From assembly GCA_002633005.1 (NCBI GenBank), contig NMRA01000030.1, forward strand, positions 1,023,106 to 1,087,105: DNA of 64,000 nt. The letters run 5' to 3'. A model generated the notes under the pieces. The model made no database searches. It had not been told where the DNA came from and saw only the letters and a program-made list of their open reading frames with translations. Shown here one piece after another: positions 24,591-37,654 of this stretch; the stretch's first letter is position 1; each line of letters opens with the position of its first letter. Both the position numbers and the translations under genes were made by a program. This DNA is from Phoronis australis (Eukaryota; Animalia; Phoronida).

Positions 24591-27262
24591 GTCGTCACTC
24601 ATAATCCTGGCGATAGGTCAATTGCAGGCCTCTTACGTGACGAAAGAAGCATCAGCCTGTTTTCGGTGCTTTGGAGGTCCGTCTGCCGTTTCTCTCAAAA
24701 AAGGTGTGTTGTTCCTGGTTCGATTATATACGCCTTGTTTATGGTGCGTTTGAAACGTGTGGCTGTCTGCTGCTAGTTGCGCCATTTGTACAGCTGTATA
24801 GACCCAGCGAAGCCGAAGGTGAGTCGATAACTTGACGGAGCCGAACCTGGCTTTGGTGGGTCGAGAGGGTCGTGGGTTCGAAGGTGGTCGAGGGAGTTTT
24901 AAAACAATCCCCGCACACATGCCGTGCGATTGAAATCAACCCTTATTACGCGCAGAAGATATTTTTGTCGATAGTAAAGCAAAGTAATTTTTTTATTTTT
25001 GAGTCGATAAATGAATATTTGTGTAAGACTGTTCGACCATATCAAATTGCTGACCGACCTGCAACTAATCGTGCGACGAAATAGCCTTAAGCACATTGAC
25101 TTTCGAAATTGCTTCTGAAGCGTCTCCACTAAGAACTGGGGTGTATAGAAAAATGACATCTCAAATTAGCTTCATTGTTTTTGTGGCTTTTTGTCTCCAA
25201 GTCATCAACCAAAGGCAATGTGGTGTGATCAAATGAGAGGAAGACATTCATAGATTTGTTCGATAATAATTTGAAATTGGTAAAATTCCATGCACACATG
25301 AGAAAGAGTTTACTTGGTTGATGGAGAACTTGATAGAGTAAACATTGCGCTACATGTAGATTTGACAATAAAATATAGATTACTTTTAAATAACAAGAAA
25401 ATACCTAGATAACAAAACCATGTCCCCACTGCGTGAGCATTGCGGTGTTGTTTGGACACAGAAGCTTTATCTCTCAAATCTCCGCTTCGCTGTTCGATCA
25501 ATGCCGGGGTGATCAGTGATAGCATGTAGAGATAACCAGGGCCTGGTGACAGTAATTTTCTATTGTAATACTTGATTTCCCTTTGATTAATGGCTCACCT
25601 GGTGTGGACTTCTTAAAAACGTGGTAAATTTATGGGTGTTGACTGACATCGTCAAGATTTTCAACTGCGCTCCAAAATTAGCATTATGTACACATATACA
25701 TAGTTCTCAGGAAAAAAAGTTAGTGACATTCATGAATACAACAGAAAAGAATATAATTGCAGCACTGAACAATTTAAATGTATCGGTTTTAACACCATTG
25801 ATCTCCCGTCCACTTATTTGACAAACGCGCGTGATTGGGGTTACTTTTGGCGATTTCGCCTTCGTGAGGGAGATAAAATACACCTGGCAACATGGCGTAA
25901 ACACGATTCTGTACAAAAGTACGAAAATTAGTCCCGTAGTACGAAGCATTCGTTGGGATTGGGTCCGGGTGTTAAAACTAAGTGGTCAATGCTAGATGAA
26001 ATTATTTTGTGAATTTTTTTAACAATATTATTTTGTAATAATGTCTTGTGGAATAGTTCTTCAACTACGCCACTCTCGGTACGTTTTGTGTATATACGAC
26101 AGAAATCAAATAATACAAATGTCAAGTTATGTGCATTCAAGTTAAAGTACTCTCCCTAAGTTTAGTAAAACAGGGCCACTGTTATTGCCGCCCGTGTGAC
26201 TATTTCCCTGACAACGTTAGCACGCTCACAATCCGCTATTCCAGATCATGTTCTTAAAGGAGAAGGCAACATTTTTCATGTCATTTTTAGTATAAATACA
26301 GTTCGCTGATAATCCCAGACATATTCTTCAGTTAATAGCGGCTTCCGGTCGTAATTTATTTCGCCAAGTACGTTGCTCTGACGTCAAGTTTGTTTCCTTT
26401 TTTGTTTGTTTGTTCTTACGACACAGGTCACAGTTTTCGCCCGATCCTCTGGAAATTTACACACAACATGTAGTTTCCAAAGTCCTGGAACTCTTATTGT
26501 TTTTGGTTATAATCGGATTCAAAATGGCGGACGTGGCGGCTATTTTTTTCCGGTTTCAGATTCAAATGCTTCTGCAGGCTACAATTTTTGACGTACACAA
26601 CTGAAAATCAGTACACTAATTGCTCGTAACGTGTGCTACGGATGTGCCGCAAATTATTTACTTCCGGGAAAAGATAGTGGAAATATCGGCAATGGCGCAT
26701 GCGCACTTCGATTTTGTTTAAAAAAGGTTTTCTAATGCTTCGAAATTTTTCACTTGTTAGTTTTTTATGACTAGCTATTAAACAATCCCAAAAAATCGGA
26801 ATTTGATTCTAAGATGGCGGATCTGGCCCATGTTGACCCATTTTCAATTGTGCCAGAGTGCCATTTTAAGCGGGAAGAGAAAATGACGTGAATTTTTGCA
26901 TGTGGATACTCTGAAGCATGCTTTTTCAAATGAACTGTATTTTTTTTCTCAGACTTACCGTTTTTGAGTTATTTGACTTTGAATTTCAAAAAACCCGCAA
27001 AATTTCATTTCTTTTCAAAAAATAACGGAATTTGGGATACTATCACTTCAGATAAAGTTTTGAACGGGATTTCAGAAGAGGCTTTCCATTTTTCGCTAGG
27101 ACGTCTACTTTTTGAATTATTCGAGATTTTCTGATAGCGCTGTTCCTTTGTTGAGCGCTCTTGCTGCATTGATGTTGGTTTAGCTTCTACTGAACAAGAC
27201 TGTAGTCTCTTTATTACTGTTTTATGACATCCAAGTTCGCCATATGAATGTTATGATGTTGT

Positions 27263-27476
27263 TCATCCTCATCACCATGGTCATCATATTCGTCATCTTC
27301 GTCATCATCTCCGTCGTCGTCTTTTCATTTAATTTCGCGTAGTGTCGCTCAAGACTGAAGCCTATTTCTTAGTCATTTCTGAACTTTACGAATAATATCA
27401 TAACTTGTATTGTCCATCATCACCACCATCGTCGTCATATCTGTTATCTTCGTCATCATCTCTGTCGTCGTCTTTT
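27263..27476 (-). repeat. Two ~65-bp direct repeats, 150 bp apart, that read as acidic tracts on the minus strand
   Basis: KDDDRDDDEDNRYDDDGGDDG and KDDDGDDDEDDEYDDHGDEDE. Confidence 0.6.
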
Positions 27477-29636
27477 CTGGTCATCTCTAACGTGGTTTTT
27501 TTGGTTAATTTCGCCAAGTTTCGCTCCTCGGAGCGCTTTCATTTTGTTAATTAGTCGTGCTTTACTCTGGAAGTGACGTTTAGGAGTTAAGAATTTTCGC
27601 CATTTTATTTCCATATAGTCTGACGAGGCAGTCATTGTTTTACCCCGTTGGGATACGTTCGTCGGTCGCCGTTTGTGCTTGTTTACGAGTCAGTCAATAT
27701 GCCGCAGTGATGCTGCGTACTGGGGTGTACTCATTATGGTCTCACGCGCACTTTGGGTATGCCATTACTTCGCTTTCCGAAGTATGGTACACTCCGACGT
27801 ACTTGGCGCGTTCGTGTGAAGAATGCAGCGTTACCCGTCCACGAAACGTACAAAGCAGTGGACAATTACTGATAGGCCATAGTCCACTCGACTCTAGGAA
27901 GCCTAGAAAATCACTACCGTGGCCACTTTTTGGGGCAAGATAATTTTGGCGTTTTTAAGGTCATTAAGTACTATACTTTAAGAATCCAAAAAGTTCCCAA
28001 GGTTTGACTTGCACGTTTTCGAGAAATTTGACCTCAAAAATCTTGACTTTTTGCATAATTTGCCACATAAAACCAATCTTCAAAAACCAGCAACACTCGA
28101 CAAAAACGGAATGATAATTTGATTGGTATTTGTTCATTTGAAGTTTCTAAACAAGAAAAGTGATATATATTATGATATTAGGTGGAAAAGTGCTCTAAAA
28201 AGAGAAAAAGAAATATTTTAACAGCGCCTCCTGTTGGCCAGAAAACATACTACTATAGTCTGAACTACCAAAAAACAAATATTGTTAAACATTGGGATGG
28301 AACTTGATGAAGATTAGATATCACAACCTACATATGAATAATATACATTCCCAACACTTCTGCAGCAAATCCACTGTCATCACTTTCATTAATTGTCACA
28401 ATTAATTATCATTATCCACATTGCTGTTCACTGTCAACTGTCATAGGAACAGATACACCCAACAGTCCCCACAGTCACCAGCATGATTAAATGTTGTCAA
28501 TATTTTCCATTAGGTTGAAATTTTAAAGTTCTTTAACAGAGCATACACTTATTATGTTTCTTCATTTTCTTCATCATCATTAATATCATCATTATTGTCA
28601 CAAAAGTTGTTTTTTGACTGAGACAGGGTGTTCACAAAGTCTGGACAGTCACACAACTCAGAACATGGCATGTCTGACTTTAAACAAGAGCAAACTTTTT
28701 TACTGCAACCATTTCTCTTACATTTGCCAGTAACGTTTCCATGGCATTTTATGGGGCTAAAGGCAAAGTCATCCAGTGGAGCTTCAGACTAACCTGCTCC
28801 ACAAGCCACCCATTACCAACTAGAAATGGTGCACTGACAGGCTTTTGCAAGGCTCATCTGTGAATAGCACACTGATAGTTTGCTCTTTTAGCATATAACA
28901 GCAAACAATCATAACGAGGAGATAGATCACAGATTTCAACCTGAATATGTGGTAGTGTGCTTTGTTAACTGTTGACGACTCGCCGTACAGCTTGCATACA
29001 AACGGTTCAATGTCTTCCATGAGTTAACCAGGAAACACAAATTTTGAGACCAACTTTAATGGCAAAGACAAAGTTAAAAAAATCTCTGCAAGCCTGCATC
29101 CTACCCAAAATAAAAAAGTTTTTGACAACCTGAATACCATTTCATCTAAACACCTCGTTACAGTAATCCTATTTAACTGAAATAGATAACCAAAATACTC
29201 TTCACTTTAGCACACAGTATGGCCAACAACTGAAATTTCATTTTTGTCTAAGTGCACAGCGAAAATAATCATTAAAGGAGAATGCCACCTCAAAAAACAA
29301 CCTATTTTGTATCAGTTTAGATCGAGTAGTTCTACTCGATAACGGCACATTCAGTTTGGAACCGGGATAGGTTTTCAACTTTTCTTTTGTTTGTGAAGTT
29401 CCCCTGTTATGAAATTTCATTTGTGGCAAATGGTTCATTGTGATGGCAAGACATATAAGGTTTATTTCTTTGAGCTCTGTTAAATGTACATGTAACTCAC
29501 TGAGAGTGACAATCTTCTTAATTTTCTCGTGGGCTCAACATTATTTCCATCATCAACTTGATCTCTTTCTCTTTTTAAGAGCCTTTCAATTTTTGTTACA
29601 TCCGTTACGTATCTGTAACACTACTTGTGATAGAAG

Positions 29637-29894
29637 CATGCCCGCACCATGCCTAAAAATGGGATGCTCGAGTTTTTGAGAATGTAGACATTTATTAAGA
29701 TTCACGGGGTACTTGAGAGCTATAAACTGTGCGTTCGCCGAATTTTGGTAGTTCCTGCCTTTTTAGTGAACTTTTGTCTTGTTTTCTTCTTTTTGCGAGT
29801 TCTTATTTCTCTGTGGCGGACCTTTTTACCTGACTTTACCAAATGGGGAGACTCATTCAAGCCCCCGAGCCCCCCACCCGTGGGTGTGCGCATG
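29637..29894. mobile_element. hAT-like MITE inserted in Academ copy 2, 5-bp TSD AGAAG/ACAAG
   Basis: TIR catgcccgcacc...ggtgtgcgcatg; empty site visible in Academ copy 1 (~18690-18710). Confidence 0.7.
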
Positions 29895-30041
29895 ACAAGA
29901 GCTCTGTTTTTCACAAAAAAAATAAAACTTTTCAGCAATGATACTTGTCTTGCACTCAATGTTTGCACTCGTTTGTTTGCAGTAGCCTTAAACCAGGTAA
30001 TATCTGAAACTGATTCCAGCTCAGAAATTTGAGCAGAACCT

Positions 30042-30270
30042 CAGAGGCGGATCTACTGGGGGGTTCAGGGAGTTAGTTCAAACCCCCCTTGGGACAGGAT
30101 TAAAAATAAGAATTGAAAAAAAAATCACCAGAAAAACGAAATTAGCTAGTAAAAAACACAAAAAATGTTATACGGGAGGAGGGAAACCTCTCCCGACCTT
30201 CCTTCCCCTCGGCGACTCGGATTCCCTCGAATCCTAAACCCCCCTTACTGAAAACGTAGAAATGCCACTG
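30042..30270. mobile_element. hAT-like MITE inserted in Academ copy 2, 5-bp TSD AACCT
   Basis: aacct|cagaggcggatcta...tagaaatgccactg|aacct; empty site in Academ copy 1 (~18565-18585). Confidence 0.85.
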
Positions 30271-33200
30271 AACCTGACACATGAAGGCAGCAAGGGGCGG
30301 ATATCATGCGTCTATTGTGAAGTCGCACACTCGTTCAATGATTCATGGTTTCAGCAGAGTCCTAGCTGTCCCAAAACTGTTCTTTGCAAAACACAAAATG
30401 ATTCAGGAATGTGCCAAGAATTGTTTCACATGATTTGGCTGTTCTCATTTCCTAACTGCTGCCTGCTGGTTTTTGAGCCTTGGTCCTTGGTCCAAGAATT
30501 GATACTATCCAATGTAGTCAGTATCAGTAAACAAACTAGCTAAGCCAGCAGTATAATAGCTGACTATCCTCTGATGAATGTTTTTATGCCAAGCAGACGA
30601 CTTTTGAAGGCAAAAGGTATGGACACAATATTTTTCTGGCATTTGATTGGCTGGCTGTTCGGATCATTTTGCAATGACACCTGGTGGTTAATACACTAGT
30701 TAAGGTTATATTTTTCCAATTTTTAAATTAAAATTCTAACTAAACGTGCAAGTGTATTCTTGGTCGGGTTTATGCAAAGTTCCCGTTGCCCCCAGAAAGT
30801 GGCCACGGAGGTGAAAGATAGAGATCTGGGACTATGGCCTATGAATGTGGCAAGCATTTTCTGCCTTCGGATTACGAAAGAAATATATTATGCAGAATTG
30901 ATGATGGTTCCTGAAAAACAACGCCTGAAAATGGGTGCCACACTGTCGTTGTTGATTCCCGGCAGTGCCTCATCTCCACTCTGAGAAGCGCGTTTTTTGA
31001 AGCTAGAATCCTCGCGAGTTGTGGCCTCTACAATGACTGGAGGCCCTTCATATACAGTCACTCGTGCCTCTGAACGTACCCCAAAGCGTGCAATTCCGGG
31101 TACTGGCAGTGATTCGCCTTGTACTGGTGTTGTCTCAGCCTAGAGCCGGTAAGCAGCCCTGAAACGATGTTGAGTTGTGGAAGTTTGACACCCAGTGAAG
31201 AAAATATTTCGTCGTAAAATGAACAGGCCGGTGAGCAAAACTTTGATAAGTTTATTGCGGACTTGACTAAAGTATTGGAGGTATTTAGAAAGTGCCAAGT
31301 GTGTGACTAGGGAGTCACACGGCGGGATGTAAGCGGTTTGGATGCTCAGGTCCAGTGAGCACAGCATGGGCACATTCCATTGAGTTTGGCATAACAGTTC
31401 ATACCGTGCATATGCACCAAGACGTCCCACCACGTCCGTCCTCAGTCTCTGCCTAATCCCTCTCATAGCTGGCACATTCTCCCTGACTACTAGGGCTTAA
31501 CCATATATCCACTCACTGACTGTTCGCAGTTTCCAGGCTGTTAGAAAGTAAACGATCCCTAAACCCCAACGTAATTGAGTTATCTAACAACCTAGCTTGT
31601 CGTAGAATACTCATCGATGGTAAGTGATGACACAGTTTCAGGAAACCAGCACGAAAACAACAGTGGAACAGATCTTCACAGTGAACTCGAACGCAGAAAC
31701 AAAATGGCGGGAAATTCTTAATTCCCTAAACTTCAGTTTCGGAGTAGGGCACGACTAATCAGTAAAATTACGGAATGTCGTAATAACTGAAACATATACC
31801 TTGGATAATCAACAAACCGTATTTTTACTAAAAGTGACATGAAAAAGGGTTGCCTTCTCCTTTAAGCCCCTTTCTGTTTTAACCACCAGCAAGAGCATGT
31901 TGGTAAGTCTTATGGGAAAGTCACTCAGCGAAGCAATGTGATTATGAAGTGTTTAAAAAGCGCAGAAATGTCTAGTGCCGCAATCATGGGCCGGGGGTGG
32001 TCGTGGGTTGTGTGGGTTTTGGGTCGAGGGGGTCGTGGGTCGAAGAGATTTTTGAACAATCCACATCAATGAGATTAAATGACTGTGCATGTCGGCGAAG
32101 TTATTTGCTTACCAATGTAGAGTTCAGTAATTCTAATACCTACCTAAAAAGCAAGACTTCGCGAGATATTGCATTGTATTTCAAAAGATAACACGTGATT
32201 GTGGCTAGCGAGGTCCTAGCGTAGGTCCTAGCGTTGATAAAATCTACCCAGATTTTACCAGGTTCTCAAATAATTAAGAGGCTAGGGCGGAATGGAAGTG
32301 AGCTAACTATCAGCAAATGCAATATTCAGTCATGCACCGACACTAAATGGCTTACCACATCACCAGTCGGCGAAGCAGAGAGCCGCTTCAGCCAGACGTA
32401 GTTGGGTAAACAGAGCCAGAGTACTTGATTTGACGCCTAAGGTAAACGTACAATACGAAACAACTACTGCACCAAAAGTTTATGCTTGAATTGTTCAGGC
32501 ATCGTTATGAATGAAACTTAGCGATCTGGTGTTGATCGCGAGGGCTCGAGGCGGTTCAAGAAGTGGTGCTTTGAGGGAGGTTGCGTCATGGAGATACATT
32601 TACATATCCGTAAAATCCTGCAGGGCCCAGGGTCCAGTCTTTGTACTCAAAATCGAACTCAAAACTATTTTTGACTTTTTACGTTCTATTTTTGTGCAAA
32701 TTCAAGATAGATAAATGTCCACTAGTCTATACTCGATCTACTCCTAGCTTGCACTCGATAAATCCAGGAATAACGCTATCGACCCTGAACTCGAAATTTC
32801 GAGTTCTTACTCAAAATCTCGAGTTTGTTGGTCGAATCTAGGGATCATCTGGTACGAACTTGGCATAGAAAATTTTATGCATAAACCATAATGTACTCCA
32901 ACGCAGAATAATAGTTGCGTATTTTGCGTTCGCACCAAACCAGAGTGGAATATTTTAAAAATAATTTCGATTTCTATTTCGTTAGGGGACGACCGCAAAT
33001 CAAATTTCAATGAATTGAAAAAAGCGAGGTTCGGTTGCTATACCATTCTTATTACAAAATAGCCAAATTGGTCTAGGTCTACCAGTGATTCATTTGGTCT
33101 AGGTCTACCAATGATTCATATTGAAAATTGTGCCCCATTGTTTAAAAACGAAATGTTCCTACTCATTTCAGCCTGCATCATGTGGCACTTGCAAAATGAA

Positions 33201-33756
33201 CCACCCTGACCCATTTTTGCTGACATCAAGTATTCGGATATGTTTCAGTTTTTATAAGCTGACTTTTTGTTTTTCAAATAAACAAATTGATGCATAACTG
33301 CATAAAAAGCAAAACAGTTCAGAACGATTGTGCCATTTCCATTGGCCTACACATATTCCTATCTGTGCTTTGGCGTTCAGTCAACCACATCTGGCTCCAG
33401 ATCTGATACAGCGTTGAGGTTTCATGACGCGGTAAAGAGCAGAACTTCTTGGATGGAATGAAATTTCTAGATCTTTATAAGTAACATGATCCCGATCATT
33501 TCAAAATGATGATGCAGCCTGTACCTATCGACACTGGCTATTTCTTTGTTTTAACGTATCCTTCCCTCAGATACAGCTTCTCTTTAAAGTTACTTTCAGG
33601 ATTTAAATGCTCACCTATGTGTCATTTATTTTATGTTGAGCATATTATTTCCCCTGACGAGAGACCCTCATCACGGGACATATGCCACTGATAAATAACA
33701 ATTCCTCAAACCGGAAGTGTGACACAGTGAAGTTTAGAAATTGTCAGCCTGTCCAA

Positions 33757-34972
33757 TACACTCTGTCACAGTTGTTCGAAATGTAGCACTGTTGAATGTT
33801 GCATAACGAGGCTTCTCATTGGTTAAAGTATTGAAACCAACGTCATAGCATTCAATCATTCCCATTAGTTGAAATCTGGAAAACCCCTTTCAGTTTACGG
33901 TTACCGAGTATGGCGACCACCTTTGACTTGAATAGTTGCATTTTATTAAAACCGGGAGTGGTTGAAATAAACAAAATCAAGAGAACCCCGATTCAGTGGC
34001 TTAAGCTCAAACAAGTACAGGGCATAAAAGGCGTGTGCAAGTGGTGGTGATGTGATCGGTATGCTTCCGACGAAGGCATGCGCATTGATGCCCACCCACG
34101 GAATTCCATGTGTTGATCCTCACGTTTCCGCAGGGCCCCTTTACAATATAGACACCGGTGACCTAAAGTCGTGAATATAAGCATAATAAGTGCCGATTGT
34201 CATACTACCCAATGTCCGTTAGCAACTGCTCATGTGATGTCATGGACATATATCAGCCTTCACAAATATACGTGTTTTGACAATCTTAATCCTTGTTTGT
34301 CTCCGTAAGCAGAGTTTTGAAACGGTCGCTGACATCGCCGGCCATTTTGAAGGAGGCCCTATAGTCGTGACCGTTTCGGTTAGACGGAAATACACGAAGT
34401 AAGACCACACAAGTCAACTACAGTGCGTACAGTTACTCTAGGTGACATAAAAATGCATTGCATTGTTTATTAATTCAGTTGCAATTGAAATAAATTGTTA
34501 TATGTTTTGCACCCAACTTTGATGTGCACAGACGTTTTCAATGAGGTTGTTCACGTAAAACGCTAAGGACCCAGCATCAATTATCTCTCTGTATTTTATT
34601 GCTTTGGCCTTACAAAACTTTATCGACCCTGGGACATTTTGATACATTGTTCAAGCTACCCCTGGAGCTCGTGTTTGAGTAAATCTGAACAATGAATATT
34701 TTCGAAAATATATCCCAAAAATGCTCAAAAAAGTGGATTAGTGAAATATGCTGTTTTTAAGATACATTTGAAAAAAGAAGCCACTCACTCACTGTTTGTT
34801 ATCATATTGTGAATACCAACACGTCCGGGTGTTCGTTTGACGTTCGCAAGCAGACGAACGCTGGAAACTTCAACGCCAGATGTCGCGGGACCGCGCAGAA
34901 GAGGAAATAAGATCGTTCACGACTTTAGGGCACTCACGACTTTAGGACATCTGACGGTAGATGGCGCTGTGA
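33757..34972 (+). mobile_element. Internally deleted relative of the adjacent AcademH-like element
   Basis: Starts tacactctgtcacag; 33757-34070 matches 34988-35300 and 34073-34150 matches 37444-37521; right terminus eroded. Confidence 0.7.
34151..34957. mobile_element. TA-flanked MITE (Tc1/mariner-pogo-like) inserted in the deleted Academ copy
   Basis: Inverted cctaaagtcgtga / tcacgactttagg near both ends, TA on both sides; empty site cagtata|ggtggcgctgtg at ~37520. Confidence 0.6.
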
Positions 34973-34987
34973 TGCTCACATATCTCA

Positions 34988-37543
34988 TACACTCTATCAC
35001 AGTGCTAAACGAAAGTTAGCACTGTAGAATGTTGTTTAATATGGCCTCCCATTGGTTAAAGTAATGAAACTGACGTCATAACATTCAGCCATTCCCATTG
35101 GTTGAAAGTTGGGAAACCCCTTTCAGTTTACAAATTGCGAAGTGTGGCGACCACGGATTTTAGTAGTTGCATTTTATTAAAACGGACAGTGGTGGGAGTG
35201 AATAAGACCAAGAAAACCCCAATACAGTGGCTTAAGCCGAAACAAATCCGATGTACAAAGGTGTGTGTCAGTGGTGGCGATGTGGTCAGTATATCGCCGA
35301 CGGGATGATGGAAGTACTGCCTATCTACGCGGACTTGCTTGCAGCCCGGGGACAATTTGAGAAGTCTGTGCGTCTAGTAATCAGTCCACTGAATGCCATT
35401 CTGGCCCAACAGAGATATANNNNNNNNNNNNNNNNNNNNNNNNNNNNNNNNNNNNNNNNNNNNNNNNNNNNNNNNNNNNNNNNNNNNNNNNNNNNNNNNN
35501 NNNNNNNNNNNNNNNNNNNNNNNNNNNNNNNNNNNNNNNNNNNNNNNNNNNNNNNNNNNNNNNNNNNNNNNNNNNNNNNNNNNNNNNNNNNNNNNNNNNN
35601 NNNNNNNNNNNNNNNNNNNNNNNNNNNNNNNNNNNNNNNNNNNNNNNNNNNNNNNNNNNNNNNNNNNNNNNNNNNNNNNNNNNNNNNNNNNNNNNNNNNN
35701 NNNNNNNNNNNNNNNNNNNNNNNNNNNNNNNNNNNNNNNNNNNNNNNNNNNNNNNNNNNNNNNNNNNNNNNNNNNNNNNNNNNNNNNNNNNNNNNNNNNN
35801 NNNNNNNNNNNNNNNNNNNNNNNNNNNNNNNNNNNNNNNNNNNNNNNNNNNNNNNNNNNNNNNNNNNNNNNNNNNNNNNNNNNNNNNNNNNNNNNNNNNN
35901 NNNNNNNNNNNNNNNNNNNNNNNNNNNNNNNNNNNNNNNNNNNNNNNNNNNNNNNNNNNNNNNNNNNNNNNNNNNNNNNNNNNNNNNNNNNNNNNNNNNN
36001 NNNNNNNNNNNNNNNNNNNNNNNNNNNNNNNNNNNNNNNNNNNNNNNNNNNNNNNNNNNNNNNNNNNNNNNNNNNNNNNNNNNNNNNNNNNNNNNNNNNN
36101 NNNNNNNNNNNNNNNNNNNNNNNNNNNNNNNNNNNNNNNNNNNNNNNNNNNNNNNNNNNNNNNNNNNNNNNNNNNNNNNNNNNNNNNNNNNNNNNNNNNN
36201 NNNNNNNNNNNNNNNNNNNNNNNNNNNNNNNNNNNNNNNNNNNNNNNNNNNNNNNNNNNNNNNNNNNNNNNNNNTGACCTATTGTCAGGAGTTAACATAA
36301 CCCCTACAATAAGGGAGAACAACACCGGAAATTTAAGTTTCATCTCATTGACAATGATGGTCCAGTCAAACTGGAATAACGTGTCCTAAGAGTTTTTGTT
36401 CCTTACTTGCAAATGAGAAATACATCCATGCTTTGAGCCAGTTATGGATTCTGCTATAGTATCATTTTCCTTCATACGTTGTTCTGTAATGGCATATTTG
36501 AGTTCTTCATACTTCAAAATACTAGAAGCTCTTTCAACAACCTTCTTTTCAGACGAAGATGCACTTGTAGATTTCGAGAAGTGTTCAGTGCTAAATCACT
36601 GCAAATATTCTCATCAGTTGGTGCGCGTTTCTGTACCTCTTGAACAGCTGATGCTGGCTGGAGCTCAATAAGTTTGCAACGGGTTTCTCTGCGCTGGTCA
36701 CCTCTAACTTCAGATCTGGCCGAGGGTAGAGTTGGGCTCTCCACCGCACAACGTTTGGGTCTGCACAACTTATGAGTTTGTTTAATTTTGATTTGAAATG
36801 AGTCACTTTGGTGTGAATCGTTTGTAAGAGTCTTTCACAATTTATGCAGATAATCCCCTCAAAAATATTGACACCACTATACAATGCTAAATGTTTCAAT
36901 AATACAAAAATGTCCTTTGGTGAGTGGACAGTTGCAGACACAGCAAGATGGACTCTGAGTCTTCACAGGTGTATTAGCCTACTTGACATGCCTTGATCAC
37001 CTGAAAAGTTTGAACTATATCTTAACAACTTATCAAACACAAGCACAGTCTTCAACCTCTGACTCACACAAACACTATCTGACCTGATATTACACAAAGT
37101 AAGAATTGATCACATCAAATACCTAAAAACACTCTGGCGAATTTGTAGTGAAGGCTGTAAAGACAGAAGACAATAAAAACAAAAAGGCAAGGCTAATCAG
37201 CTTGGCACCACAGGCGCTTACCAGACCCAACTATGACGACTTAGAATTGAAAGTTCACAATTTCGAACTTTATACAACTAACGTGAACATAAAACGTCTA
37301 AAATCAGTAAATTAGATTCAGGATGAGTCCAAATGCACTCCATCAAAATGATTATTATTCCAGTGCAACAGAACACAAAGCAATATACCCAGTACCTTTT
37401 CACGCACACAGTGAACCATTTTGTTTACATCGGAAGTAAAACCAAGGCATGCGCATTGATGCCCACACACGGAATTCCGTGTGTCGGTCATCATGTTTCC
37501 ACAGGGCCACTTTGCAGTATAGGTGGCGCTGTGTCAGAGGGTA
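34988..37543. mobile_element. AcademH-like DNA transposon with 10-bp TSD (helicase remnant on +, probable transposase N-terminus on -), spans assembly gap
   Basis: acatatctca|tacactctatcacag...ctgtgtcagagggta|acatatctca; + strand VRLVISPLNAILAQQR resembles RecQ motif Ia; - strand ICINCERLL and LFQFDWTIIVNEMKLKFPVLFSLI. Confidence 0.75.
35420..36274. other. Assembly gap (N run)
   Basis: Continuous n characters. Confidence 1.
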
Positions 37544-37627
37544 ACATATCTCAGTACATACGAATTGACTTGAACACTGACGAAAAAACGTTAACAGAAC
37601 GTTCAAAACAGTGATTCAGCCTCTCTG

Positions 37628-37650
37628 ACACACACACACACACACACACA
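37628..37650. repeat. (CA)n microsatellite
   Basis: Direct observation. Confidence 0.95.
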
Positions 37651-37654
37651 GACG

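Larger units (their letters stand above)
27873..30841 (-). mobile_element. Non-autonomous Academ (AcademX-type) DNA transposon, copy 2 (inverted relative to copy 1)
   Basis: TIR TAGGCCATAGTC...GACTATGGCCTA, 3-bp TSD TGA/TGA; MEDIEPFVCKLYGESSTVNKAHYHIFRLKS, KRANYQ, CSKKVCSCLKSDMPCSELCDC; colinear with 17927-20819. Confidence 0.9.
26258..31861. mobile_element. Kolobok-like non-autonomous DNA transposon (TTAA TSD) hosting nested insertions
   Basis: ttaa|aggagaaggcaacatttttcatgtcatttttagta...tactaaaagtgacatgaaaaagggttgccttctcct|ttaa; ~75-bp TIR plus a further inverted match 27550-27610 vs 31700-31760. Confidence 0.8.

Noticed and set aside
24828-32062. Two gggtcgtgggtcg-rich segments (24850-24910 and 31995-32062) as ends of one element or as LTRs
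   Set aside because: Short, same orientation, no TSD or TG..CA; more likely two fragments of a common repeat.
33068-33118. 25-bp tandem duplication, superficially CRISPR-like
   Set aside because: Two adjacent copies with no spacer, in eukaryotic DNA; a simple local duplication.
35251-36343. Long ORFs of 294-349 aa in the track
   Set aside because: Artefacts of translating through the N gap; only the short flanks are real sequence.
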